DNA of 64,000 bases from an uncultured Elusimicrobia bacterium. Its GTDB lineage: Bacteria; Elusimicrobiota; Elusimicrobia; Elusimicrobiales; UBA9959. The notes beneath the pieces are model-generated. The model saw only the letters and a list, made by a program, of their open reading frames with translations. It was not told the origin of the DNA and did no database searches. The translations under genes and the position numbers were made by a program. The DNA lies in assembly GCA_903867985.1 (NCBI GenBank), contig CAIPTO010000029.1, forward strand, positions 65-64,064, in the 5' to 3' direction. Positions 45,717 through 55,241 of the stretch are shown piece after piece (the first letter of the stretch is position 1; each line of letters starts with the position of its first letter).

Positions 45717-46276
45717 TATTTTTTGTATATCCTCGGCAGGGTAACGCCTCGCTGGGACTGGTATTTCCCTTTTCTGTCTTTGTAAGAGATTTCGCAGACC
45801 TGGTCGGATTCCAGAAAGATCAGCTGTGCGATGCCCTCGTTTGAATATATCTTGGCCGGCAGGGGGGTGGTGTTGGAGATCTCAAGGGTAAGATGTCCTT
45901 CCCATTCCGGTTCCAGGGGAGTGATGTTCACCACTATCCCGCAGCGGGCGTAAGTGCTCTTGCCGATGCATAGCCCGATCACGTCGCGGGGAATCTTGAA
46001 ATATTCTACCGAGCGGGCCAGTGCGAAAGAGTGCGCGGGTACTATGCAATAGGGCGCGTTGAGATTTACGAAGGATTTTGGGCTGAAATTCTTAGGATCC
46101 ACCAGGCAGTTGTGAACATCGGTGAAAACCTTATATTCGTTGGATACGCGTATGTCGTAGCCATATGAGGAGAGGCCGTAGGAGACCTTGTTTTTGGCGT
46201 TAAGTTTCTCAACGAAAGGTGAGATCATTTTTTCTTTAAGACACATCTTCCGTATCCATGAGTCCGATTTCAGCAT
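45716..46276 (-). CDS. dcd: dCTP deaminase
   Basis: The N-terminus [10 protein letters not shown] and the motifs SSYGYDIRV and [19 protein letters not shown] are present. Confidence 0.9.
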   Translation of the reverse strand: MLKSDSWIRKMCLKEKMISPFVEKLNAKNKVSYGLSSYGYDIRVSNEYKVFTDVHNCLVDPKNFSPKSFVNLNAPYCIVPAHSFALARSVEYFKIPRDVIGLCIGKSTYARCGIVVNITPLEPEWEGHLTLEISNTTPLPAKIYSNEGIAQLIFLESDQVCEISYKDRKGKYQSQRGVTLPRIYKK

Positions 46277-46449
46277 ATTGTTAATCTCCCGGCAAAAGGA
46301 GTGCTGCTCCTTTTGCTGTTATCATCAGCGCGGCAGAACGGCAGCAAGACAGTACGGCAGTTCTGTCCGCAAATTGCCAGGGAATTACAGATTCTCCTAT
46401 GGGCTTCCGTGTCTTGTGACTTGGCGACTCTGCCGCGTTCGTGACGCAT

Positions 46450-47280
46450 CTAACAGTCGCGCCAGGCTCTGTATACCGCCCTGAGTTTTTCAAATAAATT
46501 CATGCGTATTCGGGGGCCTGCAGTCCTGAATCCCCTGGATTCTATCTTGTCCAACAGATCAGAATAGAGCTGGCCCATGATGAACGCGCTGAAAATACTG
46601 CTTTTGTCCGCGCCTTCGGTAAATTCTTTCGCTTTGGCGTAAAAATCGCGCGCCCGTGAAGCTTCAAACCTCATTAATTCTATAAAATTATCCGGGTAAA
46701 TGGAATTTCGGAAGGCGGCCGGGTTGCAGTCGAATTTCTTCAGATCTTCCAGCGGTATGTATATCCGGCCTGCGCGGGCGTCCTCGAAAACATCCCGTAT
46801 AATGTTGGTGAGCTGTACCGCGTAGCCGAGGTTCTCCGCGTATGCGTTGGAATTGGCGCCGCGCCAGCCGAATATCTCCAGGGCTGAAAGGCCTACCGCG
46901 GAGGCAACGCGGTACATGTATGATTTTAGCTCGTCAAATGAAGCGTATTCCGTTTTCCGCGTGTCCATCTCCACCCCGTCCAGTACCAGAAGGAAGTTCT
47001 CCTTGCGCATGGCGAAAGCGCCGGCTGCCCATACCAGCTCTTCTTCAAGCCGTCCCCGGGGCCCGGCTCCGGAGAATAGTGCCTCAAGTCTGTCCCGCCA
47101 GGCGGACAGGGCCGCTTGTTTTTTGGGGGACGGAACGGAGTCATCGTCGGCAATATCGTCCACCGTTCTGGCGTAGCCGTAAAAAGCGGAAAGCGCCCGG
47201 CGCTGTCGCGGTTTCAGAAATATAAAAGCGGGCCTGAAACTAGAGTCCGCTTCGCAGGGTCGCTCCGGGCTACTAGGCAT
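46450..47280 (-). CDS. Phytoene/squalene synthase family protein (CrtB/HpnD-like)
   Basis: The two Asp-rich motifs are FYGYARTVDDIADD and NIIRDVFEDARAGRIYIP. Confidence 0.8.
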   Translation of the reverse strand: MPSSPERPCEADSSFRPAFIFLKPRQRRALSAFYGYARTVDDIADDDSVPSPKKQAALSAWRDRLEALFSGAGPRGRLEEELVWAAGAFAMRKENFLLVLDGVEMDTRKTEYASFDELKSYMYRVASAVGLSALEIFGWRGANSNAYAENLGYAVQLTNIIRDVFEDARAGRIYIPLEDLKKFDCNPAAFRNSIYPDNFIELMRFEASRARDFYAKAKEFTEGADKSSIFSAFIMGQLYSDLLDKIESRGFRTAGPRIRMNLFEKLRAVYRAWRDC

Positions 47281-47284
47281 AATG

Positions 47285-47325
47285 GAAGGGTATAGGGGTC
47301 AGGGGACAGGGTATAGAAACAGGGA
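47285..47325 (+). repeat. G-rich heptad array (orphan arm) with a G-quadruplex motif
   Basis: The units are GAAGGGT ATAGGGG TCAGGGG ACAGGGT ATAGAAA CAGGGA. The G4 motif is GGG-TATA-GGGG-TCA-GGGG-ACA-GGG. Confidence 0.7.
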
Positions 47326-47356
47326 GTTCTCCGAGCGTGATTCTCTTCCCACGCTT

Positions 47357-48733
47357 TTAATTTATTTTCTCCAGGTAGGCTATGAACTTGGACCAGTTGG
47401 AGGCTTTTTCAAAAGCCAGCCTGGAGTAGGTCGGGTAATATTCTATTAGATTGCCGGGCTTGCCCGGGAGATGTATAGCCATGCCATGAGTGTTGGCGTA
47501 ATTTTTGCCCGTGCGGTCACGGCCCAGGTAAACATTTTTTAATACAAGTTCCCCTGCGATATATTCGTTGAGGTCCTTTCCGGCGGCTTTGAGCTCTGCG
47601 GCTCCGGGCCTCGCGGTGTCCAGGTTGGCGTTGACCAGATCCACGAAATGGGAGAGGTCGGCGTAAAAAGAGATCTGTTTGTCGGGATCGGTAATCTCGT
47701 CCCCGACCTCGAACCGTAACACTTCGGTCTTGGCTTTCCTGTAGGCTGCGGCATCATCAACCTGAATGGCGAGTCTGGCCCAATTCCCGGCCTTTTGGGC
47801 GAAAACCGCCAGTTTATCCGCCCTGACGGCTGAAAGCTGCGTGCCGTATTTGGTTTTTTCCAGCATGTCGGAATATTCCGGTCGGGAATACATCTCCTTA
47901 AATGTGTCTACAAGGTGCACGCCGGCTTGCGCGGCGGACACTTCGGGGTTGGCGAGCATCAGGGTGAAAAAGTCCTCAAAATTGAAACTCGGCAGCTGGA
48001 CTACTTCCTCGGCGCCGACTATGATATCGGCCCCGTCTTTCAGTTCATAGGCTACTTCGGCCATCTGCATGAAACAGGCCATAGAAGCGTAAAGGTCGAC
48101 CCGCCCGGCCTCCTTGAAGATCTTGCCCATATCCGTGGTTTTAATATAGTTTCCGCTGACAAAATCATGCGAGATAGACTTATTTTCTTCCAACAGATTC
48201 TCGCCGGGTTTTTTGGGGTCTATCCAGCCCCAGCCGTGGTCCCAGATGAAGAGCATATAATGTTTAGCCGGATAATTTGCCTTGGCCCATTTCACGAAAG
48301 AGACCGCTTCCTTATAGTCTCCCATGTCGGGGTTCCCCAAGTCCATTAATACGGGGGAGGTGATGTGCTCTTTGTCAGTGTCCCTGATTATAAGGTAGCG
48401 GCGAACGCCCGCCCAGTCTCCGTCGGCGGCAGTGTCGTTTTCCAGTCCCTTTGAGCGGCCCAGTTCCGCCACGATGTTGACTTTTTCTCCGGATCCCACG
48501 GTTTCAAAACGGTTTATATCGTTCAGTGCGAACGGCTCTATGTTGCTTTTGCCGTTCATGAATACCATAATTGTCCAGTCTTTGGATTCTTTTTGAGAGG
48601 TATTTTTAGGTCTGGCGGGAATGGTCTGGATAGTATCTTTAAAATCGCCGGCAGTGACTGACGTAAGTCTGAAATCGGCGTGCAGGAGTTGCGGGCAGAA
48701 CAACGCGGCGGCGATCAGTGCTGTTTTTTTCAT
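47357..48733 (-). CDS. Clostripain-like (peptidase C11) family protein, secreted
   Basis: A signal peptide is present. The His-Gly site is in LFIWDHGWGW and the catalytic Cys context is LYASMACFMQ. Confidence 0.7.
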   Translation of the reverse strand: MKKTALIAAALFCPQLLHADFRLTSVTAGDFKDTIQTIPARPKNTSQKESKDWTIMVFMNGKSNIEPFALNDINRFETVGSGEKVNIVAELGRSKGLENDTAADGDWAGVRRYLIIRDTDKEHITSPVLMDLGNPDMGDYKEAVSFVKWAKANYPAKHYMLFIWDHGWGWIDPKKPGENLLEENKSISHDFVSGNYIKTTDMGKIFKEAGRVDLYASMACFMQMAEVAYELKDGADIIVGAEEVVQLPSFNFEDFFTLMLANPEVSAAQAGVHLVDTFKEMYSRPEYSDMLEKTKYGTQLSAVRADKLAVFAQKAGNWARLAIQVDDAAAYRKAKTEVLRFEVGDEITDPDKQISFYADLSHFVDLVNANLDTARPGAAELKAAGKDLNEYIAGELVLKNVYLGRDRTGKNYANTHGMAIHLPGKPGNLIEYYPTYSRLAFEKASNWSKFIAYLEKIN

Positions 48734-48831
48734 AATACGCTCTATTAAGCGAAGCCCTGCCTGACAATTTAAAGTCCGCGTTCTGCGCCTGTCTAAAGTT
48801 TATAAAGAATTATTATAAAAATCAACCCCGA

Positions 48832-51105
48832 CTATTTTATACCGCCGGTTGCACGGCGCTTTTCCGCCAGCAGAATATCGAAATATTCGCTGAGGCTTTC
48901 CCGGTTGGACACGGTCTTGTAGACTTTCCCGATGGGAAAGACGAAGGTTTTCCAGGGGAGCTGCATGGACCAAAGTCCGTCGTTGCCTTCCGTATTGTAC
49001 CAAGATGCTTTGAATTCCTTTATCAGTATTTCGGCCAGGATATGCCCGTAGCAGCGCAGGAGTTTCCAGCCGTCGGCGGTAGGGGGGATGCCGGGTTTAA
49101 ATTTTCCGTTAATGGCGGTTTCCAGTTTCACCACCCCCGGCCAGGCAATCTCAATATCGGCTGTTTCCTCGAGGGATGAGGTCAATACTATTATTCGTTG
49201 GTGTTCGGTCTGCGCGTCTATCAGGCGTTCGGGATGGCTGGAAATTCTGCTTTGGACCGCCGACGCGCCCTGCGGCATTTCGGTCTTTCCGTTCGTAAGT
49301 TCATCCTCTAAATATTGCACATATTTAGTCAGCCAGCCAGGTTCCGGAATATTCCCCTTCCATAATAATTTCCAGGCGCGTTGTATGGGGTATGTTACCA
49401 GGTGTTTGGGGGTGTCGAATACGACCGGCCAGCCCCAGTGGTCGAAATCCGTCAGTTTTATCAGTCTTCCTTTGTATCTTTCCTGCAGAAAAAAGCATAA
49501 AAAAGCCGAACAATCTTTTACTATCTCTATGGCTTGCTGGGGATTTTGTCTTTCAATTATGAAAGTCAGCCGCAGTTTCCTTTCCACTTCGGTCAGGCCG
49601 TCCGCGTTAAAATGTATTTTTTTATTAAACTCATCCTCAAGTGCGGAGGCCAGTTTGAACGCCCTTCCCATAAAATCATCCTTCCTGGTCGCCTCTTCCG
49701 TGGGCATCGGTATGGAGCTGGCTGTATCCATGAGTGATTCCATTTCCGCCGCTTGAAAGCGCTGCGCAGGCTGTTCAGCTGGCGCCGGCTGCGCCGGAGC
49801 GGCTTCGTGGCCCTGTGCCTTGCGTGTGCTGATTTTTGAAGCGGGTTCAAGTGAAGCCGTGGGCGTAGCTTCATGGGGCTGAGGTCCGTCCCCGGTCTGG
49901 TTCGGCCGGGGCGCGAGAGTTTCCTTGTGCTGCCGCGAGGCTTCCAGCAGTTCCGCTGCCGTCTTCCGTGGCAGCTCCGCCGCCAGGCGCCCGGCCGAGG
50001 TCTGGTCGGTGAGAGCGACATCGTTTATCAGGGCCGCGGCCTCCTGGAATTTTCCAGTTTTAATGAGCGCGAAACCAAAGTTAATTTTTGATTGAATGGA
50101 TGGCCAAAGGGCCGCGGCTTTGCGGTAGCAGGTTTCGGCCTCTGCAAAATTTCCGTTACGGGAATGCAGGTTCCCGATGTGAAAGAAAATCTTGGGTATC
50201 AGGGGTGACGGGGTTGTGAGCGCTGCCGAGAAAGCGGCCAGACTGTCATTGATCTCGGCCGCGCCGCGCCCCAGATCCGCTTTTTTCATAAGCGCGGCTC
50301 CGGTGCCGAAAAGGGCCGCCGTTTTTTCAAAAGAATTGCTTGCGAGCGTCCGGAAGGCGTTCAGGGCTTCATCCGTTTTGCCTTCTTCAAGTGATAGCCA
50401 CGCTAACTCCACACGTTTTTTATCTTCAAAGGGCGTGCCGCGCGGTATTTTATCAAGCCACTGCCGGGCTTTTACGGGTTCGCCGTTATGACGCAGGATC
50501 CGCGCCCGATAGTAAAAGAACTCAGGCGTTTGAAAAGTCTTTGCGTAATTGTAGGCGTCTTGCAGGAGTCCCAGGTTGATAAGTGTTTCCGCGTAAAGCC
50601 CGCTGGGCTGCGACGGATCTTCGGCCATAAGCGCGTAAAGCATATAATTCGCGCGGTGCAGATTTCCCAGACTGGCTTCGGTTTTTAACGCCGCTTCAAG
50701 CTGCGCCCCGGCCGGCAGAGGTTTGGAGGTTTGCAGAAAGCCGATCGCCATGGATAGTTGTTTTTTATCCAGGCGTATTTCCGCGCCCGAGGCCGCGGAC
50801 CGGGCGTGAGGAGGATTGAAGGCGGCGATATCCGCCCCGGGAGCATTGAAGAGAGTTTGCAGAAAAGGGAGCGGTGGTTTTGATACGCAGGGCGGGCCTA
50901 TCAGCCAAGGGTCCGTGAAAACAGGCATGATAGAAAGATCCTTGTCGGTATAAACGGGGATAGCGTGGAATGTCAGGGGGGGCGCCTGCACGGGCGTTAC
51001 GGGGGCCGCGAGCTCGGCGAAGCTCCTGAAATTGCCTATTATTTCATTCAGGGACGGGGACCTGGACAGCCGAAAGGTGGTAAAGTTGGAAAGATTGTCC
51101 GCCAT
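48832..51105 (-). CDS. Large hypothetical protein with TPR repeats, a Pro/Ala/Gln-rich linker and an unknown C-terminal domain
   Basis: The ORF is 757 aa. TPR-like repeats occupy the N-terminal half, and there is no signal peptide. I do not recognise the C-terminal 270 aa. Confidence 0.55.
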   Translation of the reverse strand: MADNLSNFTTFRLSRSPSLNEIIGNFRSFAELAAPVTPVQAPPLTFHAIPVYTDKDLSIMPVFTDPWLIGPPCVSKPPLPFLQTLFNAPGADIAAFNPPHARSAASGAEIRLDKKQLSMAIGFLQTSKPLPAGAQLEAALKTEASLGNLHRANYMLYALMAEDPSQPSGLYAETLINLGLLQDAYNYAKTFQTPEFFYYRARILRHNGEPVKARQWLDKIPRGTPFEDKKRVELAWLSLEEGKTDEALNAFRTLASNSFEKTAALFGTGAALMKKADLGRGAAEINDSLAAFSAALTTPSPLIPKIFFHIGNLHSRNGNFAEAETCYRKAAALWPSIQSKINFGFALIKTGKFQEAAALINDVALTDQTSAGRLAAELPRKTAAELLEASRQHKETLAPRPNQTGDGPQPHEATPTASLEPASKISTRKAQGHEAAPAQPAPAEQPAQRFQAAEMESLMDTASSIPMPTEEATRKDDFMGRAFKLASALEDEFNKKIHFNADGLTEVERKLRLTFIIERQNPQQAIEIVKDCSAFLCFFLQERYKGRLIKLTDFDHWGWPVVFDTPKHLVTYPIQRAWKLLWKGNIPEPGWLTKYVQYLEDELTNGKTEMPQGASAVQSRISSHPERLIDAQTEHQRIIVLTSSLEETADIEIAWPGVVKLETAINGKFKPGIPPTADGWKLLRCYGHILAEILIKEFKASWYNTEGNDGLWSMQLPWKTFVFPIGKVYKTVSNRESLSEYFDILLAEKRRATGGIK

Positions 51106-51175
51106 AATGAGTTCATATTATTGTATATTTTTAAGTCGTCACATTGTCAATAGCGGTTGAAACGAGGCAGATTTT

Positions 51176-51778
51176 ATGATCCAGACTGTGGTGCTTGCCA
51201 CCCGCAATAAGCATAAGTTGGGGGAAATACTGGACCTTATTCCCGGGCTTAATCTTATAATGAAGACGCTTGAAGATTTTCCCGGCGCTCCGGACGTGAT
51301 AGAGGACGGGGAAACTCTTGAAGCGAACGCGGTCAAGAAAGCGAAAAGTGCCGCTCTTTTCTGTGGCCTTTGGGCGCTCGCTGACGACACTGGGCTTTAT
51401 GTTGACGCGCTGGGGGGTGCCCCCGGTGTTTATTCTGCCAGGTATGCCGGCTCCGGATGCTCTTATACCGATAATAACCGTAAACTTCTTGGCGAACTTG
51501 CCGGTCTTGGACCGGAAAAGAGGACGGCTCGCTTCTGCTGCGTTATGGCGCTGTCTTCTCCTGGCGGTTCTGTGATAGCGGTCGAGGGCCGGCTTGAAGG
51601 CGTAATAGCGTCTGCCGCTTCTGGCACCGGCGGCTTCGGTTATGATCCGTTGTTTATCGTGGCGGGACTCGGCAAAACTTTGGCGGATATTACTGCTGAG
51701 GAGAAGAACGCTCTAAGCCATCGTGCCGACGCTATCAGGAAAATAACTCCCTGGCTGACAAGGCTTTCCGATAGCTAG
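51176..51778 (+). CDS. rdgB: Non-canonical purine NTP pyrophosphatase (RdgB/HAM1)
   Basis: Motifs ATRNKHKLGE, ADDTGL and GFGYDPLF are present. Confidence 0.9.
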   Translation: MIQTVVLATRNKHKLGEILDLIPGLNLIMKTLEDFPGAPDVIEDGETLEANAVKKAKSAALFCGLWALADDTGLYVDALGGAPGVYSARYAGSGCSYTDNNRKLLGELAGLGPEKRTARFCCVMALSSPGGSVIAVEGRLEGVIASAASGTGGFGYDPLFIVAGLGKTLADITAEEKNALSHRADAIRKITPWLTRLSDS

Positions 51779-51851
51779 TTGCGAGATACTACACTAGAAG
51801 CCCGTTGATCACGGATGTTTTGGGGTTGGTGACGCTCTGCGTCGCAGGCCC

Positions 51852-51880
51852 TTGACAAGTCAAGCAGTGTCTGCTATACT
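51852..51880 (+). promoter_or_regulatory. Consensus promoter (TTGACA-N17-TATACT)
   Basis: TTGACA lies at 51852-51857 and TATACT at 51875-51880. No CDS follows within about 250 nt. Confidence 0.6.
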
Positions 51881-51886
51881 TGGTGT

Positions 51887-52031
51887 AGCGAGCAACGATT
51901 CATGAGGGAGGCAAGTGAGCTCCTGGTGTGTTACGGGTGGCAGCCTGTAAGGTGTGACGCTCGCGCAGCGTACTGAGGGAACACGAAAAGGCGGTGTAGT
52001 GATAGCGATCTTTTCGTGTTTCCTTGTTTTT
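51887..52031 (+). ncRNA. Candidate small RNA (class unknown)
   Basis: It is bounded by the consensus promoter and an intrinsic terminator (14-bp stem 51977-51990/52010-52023 plus TTGTTTTT). An internal stem GCGAGC/GCTCGC is present. Confidence 0.5.
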
Positions 52032-52129
52032 ATTTATTCAGACCTGTTATAACCCAGTAGCTCCCGCGGTCTCCGTGCCTTATCGGCCTCGGGCTTTTTT
52101 CGCGGCGCCAATTAAATTATAATCTCCTT

Positions 52130-53770
52130 ATGAATAAAGCGGCACGATTGTCCGCGCTTCTGGCTTTTGGGCTTTTCTGGGCCTATGGCACTTTGGCCGC
52201 TTCTTCCGGCGCGCAGGGCCCCGCCACTGTCTGGGACCGCATAATGCAGGAGCAGAGCCTGATGAATTTGCGTAAGGGTTATCTGCTGATGGAAGCCGAG
52301 AAATATCCTGAAGCCGCCAACGAATTCCTTAAAGCCATCGCCAGGACTCCTTCGGAGCCTTATGCGCGCATTCTTTACGGGTCCAGTCTCTACTGGCTGG
52401 GCGATCCGGACAAGGCCATGGCGGAGTTCGCTGCAGCCGAGAAGCTGGACCCCGGCAATGCGGTCGCCTTTCAACTAATGGGCATAGTCCACGCCTGGAA
52501 AGGAGAATTCCAGCAGGCGCTCGCGAAATTCCTCAGGGCCAGGGATTTGGCCCGGGATCGGGCGGATGTCAGGATGAACATCGGATCCATATATCATTCC
52601 CTCGGAGATATGGATAAGGCTTTAGAGTATTTCAGAGAGGCGGTCAGGCTTGAGCCCGCCAATCCGCTCTACCTGTATCAGCTTGGCCTGCTCTACTCCA
52701 GACTGGGCCGCGTTTTCGAAGCCAAAGCCGCTTTCAGGAGCGCGTTGTCTTCGTTCCGGAATTACGAGGACGCTATGCTGGAACTGGCCGTTATGGAAGA
52801 GAAGGACGGCAACGATAAGGAGGCCGAGCGGTTATACCATAAGGCTCTGGATATAAAGCCTGGCGATAATGTCGCGCGCTTTCGTCTGGGCTGCCTGCTT
52901 TACAGGACGGGCGACGTGAAGCGCCTTGACGCTCTCTTGGAGGACGCCTTCCTCCTGACCCCGTCCAACGCGAAAGGCGGTATCTCCATCAGCCTTGCTT
53001 ACGCGGGCGACCCCGACCCGCAACCTGGCGGGGGGAAGCCAGGCTCTCTTGAGGACGCCGTGTCCAAGATCCCGGCCGATGAGGATGTTAATATAAAGGC
53101 TGAGTTTATCTCTATCCCGGAAACGCGCCTTGTGTTGCAGTCAGAAGGGAAACCGAAAACGCTCAAGGCTGGTCTGGAGCAGAATTTTAGGCGCCCGCAG
53201 GTAACTGTGTTCCGGCGCGAGTATTCCCTTCCTGCCTCCGATTTTAGGAATCGCAAAGCACGGGCCGCCCAGATCGCGGCTGAAATGGATAAAGCGATAA
53301 AGGCCGCGGCCCGGGAAGGACAGGACACGCGTATGTCCATAAATATCGAGACCAAGAAGGCCTCGCTGAGCGCCGCCGGCGGAGATCCAGGCGTTGTTTA
53401 TAAGCCGCGCGATGTCGGCAACGATATGGGTCTTTGGGTTATGGGGGCCAACTGGCTTGAGAATGTTGCGGATGCGCTTGAGGATATGCGGGAAGCTCCC
53501 GGCGGCGCCGCGCCGGATTTCAGACTGAGCATGCTGCGGGGGCTTGGCAGCCTTATCATGGGCGAACCGGACGCCGCGCTCGCGGATATGGATGGAGTGC
53601 AGGCCGGAGCGGCCGGGGATCTGGGGCGCTGTGCGGCCTGGGTGGAAAAGGGTTCACAGGAGAACGCCCTGGCGGCATGTTCGGACGCGCTCAGGAAAGA
53701 ACCGAAAAATAAGATCGCGTTAGCTAATAAAAAATGGCTGACACGGGGTCCGGAGAAGATCAAAAATTGA
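52130..53770 (+). CDS. Secreted TPR-repeat protein
   Basis: A signal peptide is followed by several TPR motifs (for example LGDMDKALEYFREAVRLEPAN). Confidence 0.65.
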   Translation: MNKAARLSALLAFGLFWAYGTLAASSGAQGPATVWDRIMQEQSLMNLRKGYLLMEAEKYPEAANEFLKAIARTPSEPYARILYGSSLYWLGDPDKAMAEFAAAEKLDPGNAVAFQLMGIVHAWKGEFQQALAKFLRARDLARDRADVRMNIGSIYHSLGDMDKALEYFREAVRLEPANPLYLYQLGLLYSRLGRVFEAKAAFRSALSSFRNYEDAMLELAVMEEKDGNDKEAERLYHKALDIKPGDNVARFRLGCLLYRTGDVKRLDALLEDAFLLTPSNAKGGISISLAYAGDPDPQPGGGKPGSLEDAVSKIPADEDVNIKAEFISIPETRLVLQSEGKPKTLKAGLEQNFRRPQVTVFRREYSLPASDFRNRKARAAQIAAEMDKAIKAAAREGQDTRMSINIETKKASLSAAGGDPGVVYKPRDVGNDMGLWVMGANWLENVADALEDMREAPGGAAPDFRLSMLRGLGSLIMGEPDAALADMDGVQAGAAGDLGRCAAWVEKGSQENALAACSDALRKEPKNKIALANKKWLTRGPEKIKN

Positions 53771-53807
53771 AGATTCAAAACTGGATTTGCGCATCGAGGA
53801 ACAATAA

Positions 53808-55241
53808 ATGAATGAGACATCGGATTTCAATTTCAGCGAAATAAAAAAAGCGTATTTTATAGGTATAGGCGGCATAGGCATGAGCGGAATTGCCCGTCTG
53901 CTGCTTAAAACCGGCGTGAAGGTAAGCGGGTCGGACCTGAAAGAATCGGAGATTACCAGGATACTGAAGGCTGAAGGCGCGCGGGTATTTATCGGGCACA
54001 GGATTTCCAATATCCTTGCCCCGCACTTTGGTTCGGGGCGTACGAGACAAAATGCAGGGGGCGATCCCGATGTGGTTGTGATAAGTTCCGCAATCAAAGC
54101 CGGAAATCCAGAACTTGCGGCTGCAGTGAAAAAAGGGATGAGGATCGTACCCCGGGCCCAGATGCTGGCCAAACTTGCCTCGTCCAAAAAAACCGTTACC
54201 GTCAGCGGTTCACACGGCAAGACCAGCACAACATCCATGCTCGCCTCGGCACTTGAAGGCGCGGGGGTGGACGCCACGGTCGTAGTCGGGGGATTGTTCA
54301 AAAATATAGGCTCGAATATTAAAATAGGCGCGGGTGAATATCTGGTGGCTGAGGCGGATGAGTCCGACGGATCTTTCCTTTATTTTAATCCGCTGGTTAC
54401 CTGTGTTACCAATATAGATTCCGATCACCTGGATTTTTACAAGGACATGACTAACCTTAAAACGGCATTTTTGGCGCATATTGCCAAGGTTCCTTTCTAT
54501 GGCGCGGCCGTTGTCTGCGCCGATGATCCAGGCGTGGCGTCCATTCTGGGCGCGGTTGAAACCACGCTTATAACTTACGGCTGCAGATCGGGCTCTGACT
54601 GGGTCGCTAAAAATCTGAAGTCCGGCCCGGCGGGGTTGGTTTATGACGCTTATTTCAGGGGTAAGAGGATGGGCCGGGTAGCGCTCAGGTCAGGCGGACG
54701 CCATAACGCCCTCAATTCTTTGGCCGCGCTGGCCGCCGGGCGCTACCTCGGTTTTGATTTTGCCGGACTTGTTAAGGGGCTTGCGAACTTTAAGGGCGTA
54801 AAGCGCCGTATGGAAAATATCGGTGAATATGCCGGGGTGACATTTTTGGATGATTACGGACATCATCCCACCGAAATAAAAGCAACTCTCGGGACCGTCC
54901 CGGAGATGTACAAGGGCCGGGGCAGGCTCATAGTCTTGTTCCAGCCTCACCGCTATTCCAGGACCGGAATTCTCCGGCGCGAATTCCCCGCCGCCTTCGA
55001 TCAGGCAGACCTTACTTATGTTATGGATATCTATGCCGCCGGAGAAAAGCCGCTGCCCGGAGTAACCTCGGAACTTATACTGGCCGGCCTGAAGGAACGC
55101 GGCCTTAAAGCGGAAAAATTCCCCGGCGCGATGGAGATAGCTAAGAACCTGCGGGCGGGAGATGTCCTGATTACTGTCGGGGCCGGCGATGTTTGGAAGT
55201 TCGGCGAAGAGATAAAACTGAAGTTGCAAACAATATGTTAG
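53808..55241 (+). CDS. murC: UDP-N-acetylmuramate--L-alanine ligase
   Basis: FIGIGGIGMSGIARLL, the GSHGKTSTTSM P-loop and the Mur ligase C-terminal domain are present. Confidence 0.95.
   Translation: MNETSDFNFSEIKKAYFIGIGGIGMSGIARLLLKTGVKVSGSDLKESEITRILKAEGARVFIGHRISNILAPHFGSGRTRQNAGGDPDVVVISSAIKAGNPELAAAVKKGMRIVPRAQMLAKLASSKKTVTVSGSHGKTSTTSMLASALEGAGVDATVVVGGLFKNIGSNIKIGAGEYLVAEADESDGSFLYFNPLVTCVTNIDSDHLDFYKDMTNLKTAFLAHIAKVPFYGAAVVCADDPGVASILGAVETTLITYGCRSGSDWVAKNLKSGPAGLVYDAYFRGKRMGRVALRSGGRHNALNSLAALAAGRYLGFDFAGLVKGLANFKGVKRRMENIGEYAGVTFLDDYGHHPTEIKATLGTVPEMYKGRGRLIVLFQPHRYSRTGILRREFPAAFDQADLTYVMDIYAAGEKPLPGVTSELILAGLKERGLKAEKFPGAMEIAKNLRAGDVLITVGAGDVWKFGEEIKLKLQTIC

Noticed and set aside
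51887-52031. I considered assigning the candidate sRNA to SRP (4.5S) RNA because of the GGCAGCC segment and the hairpin-like layout.
   Set aside because: I could not reproduce the conserved domain IV pattern (GNRA tetraloop closed by the GGAA/AGCAGCC-type symmetric loop) by hand. It is left as class unknown pending a covariance-model search.
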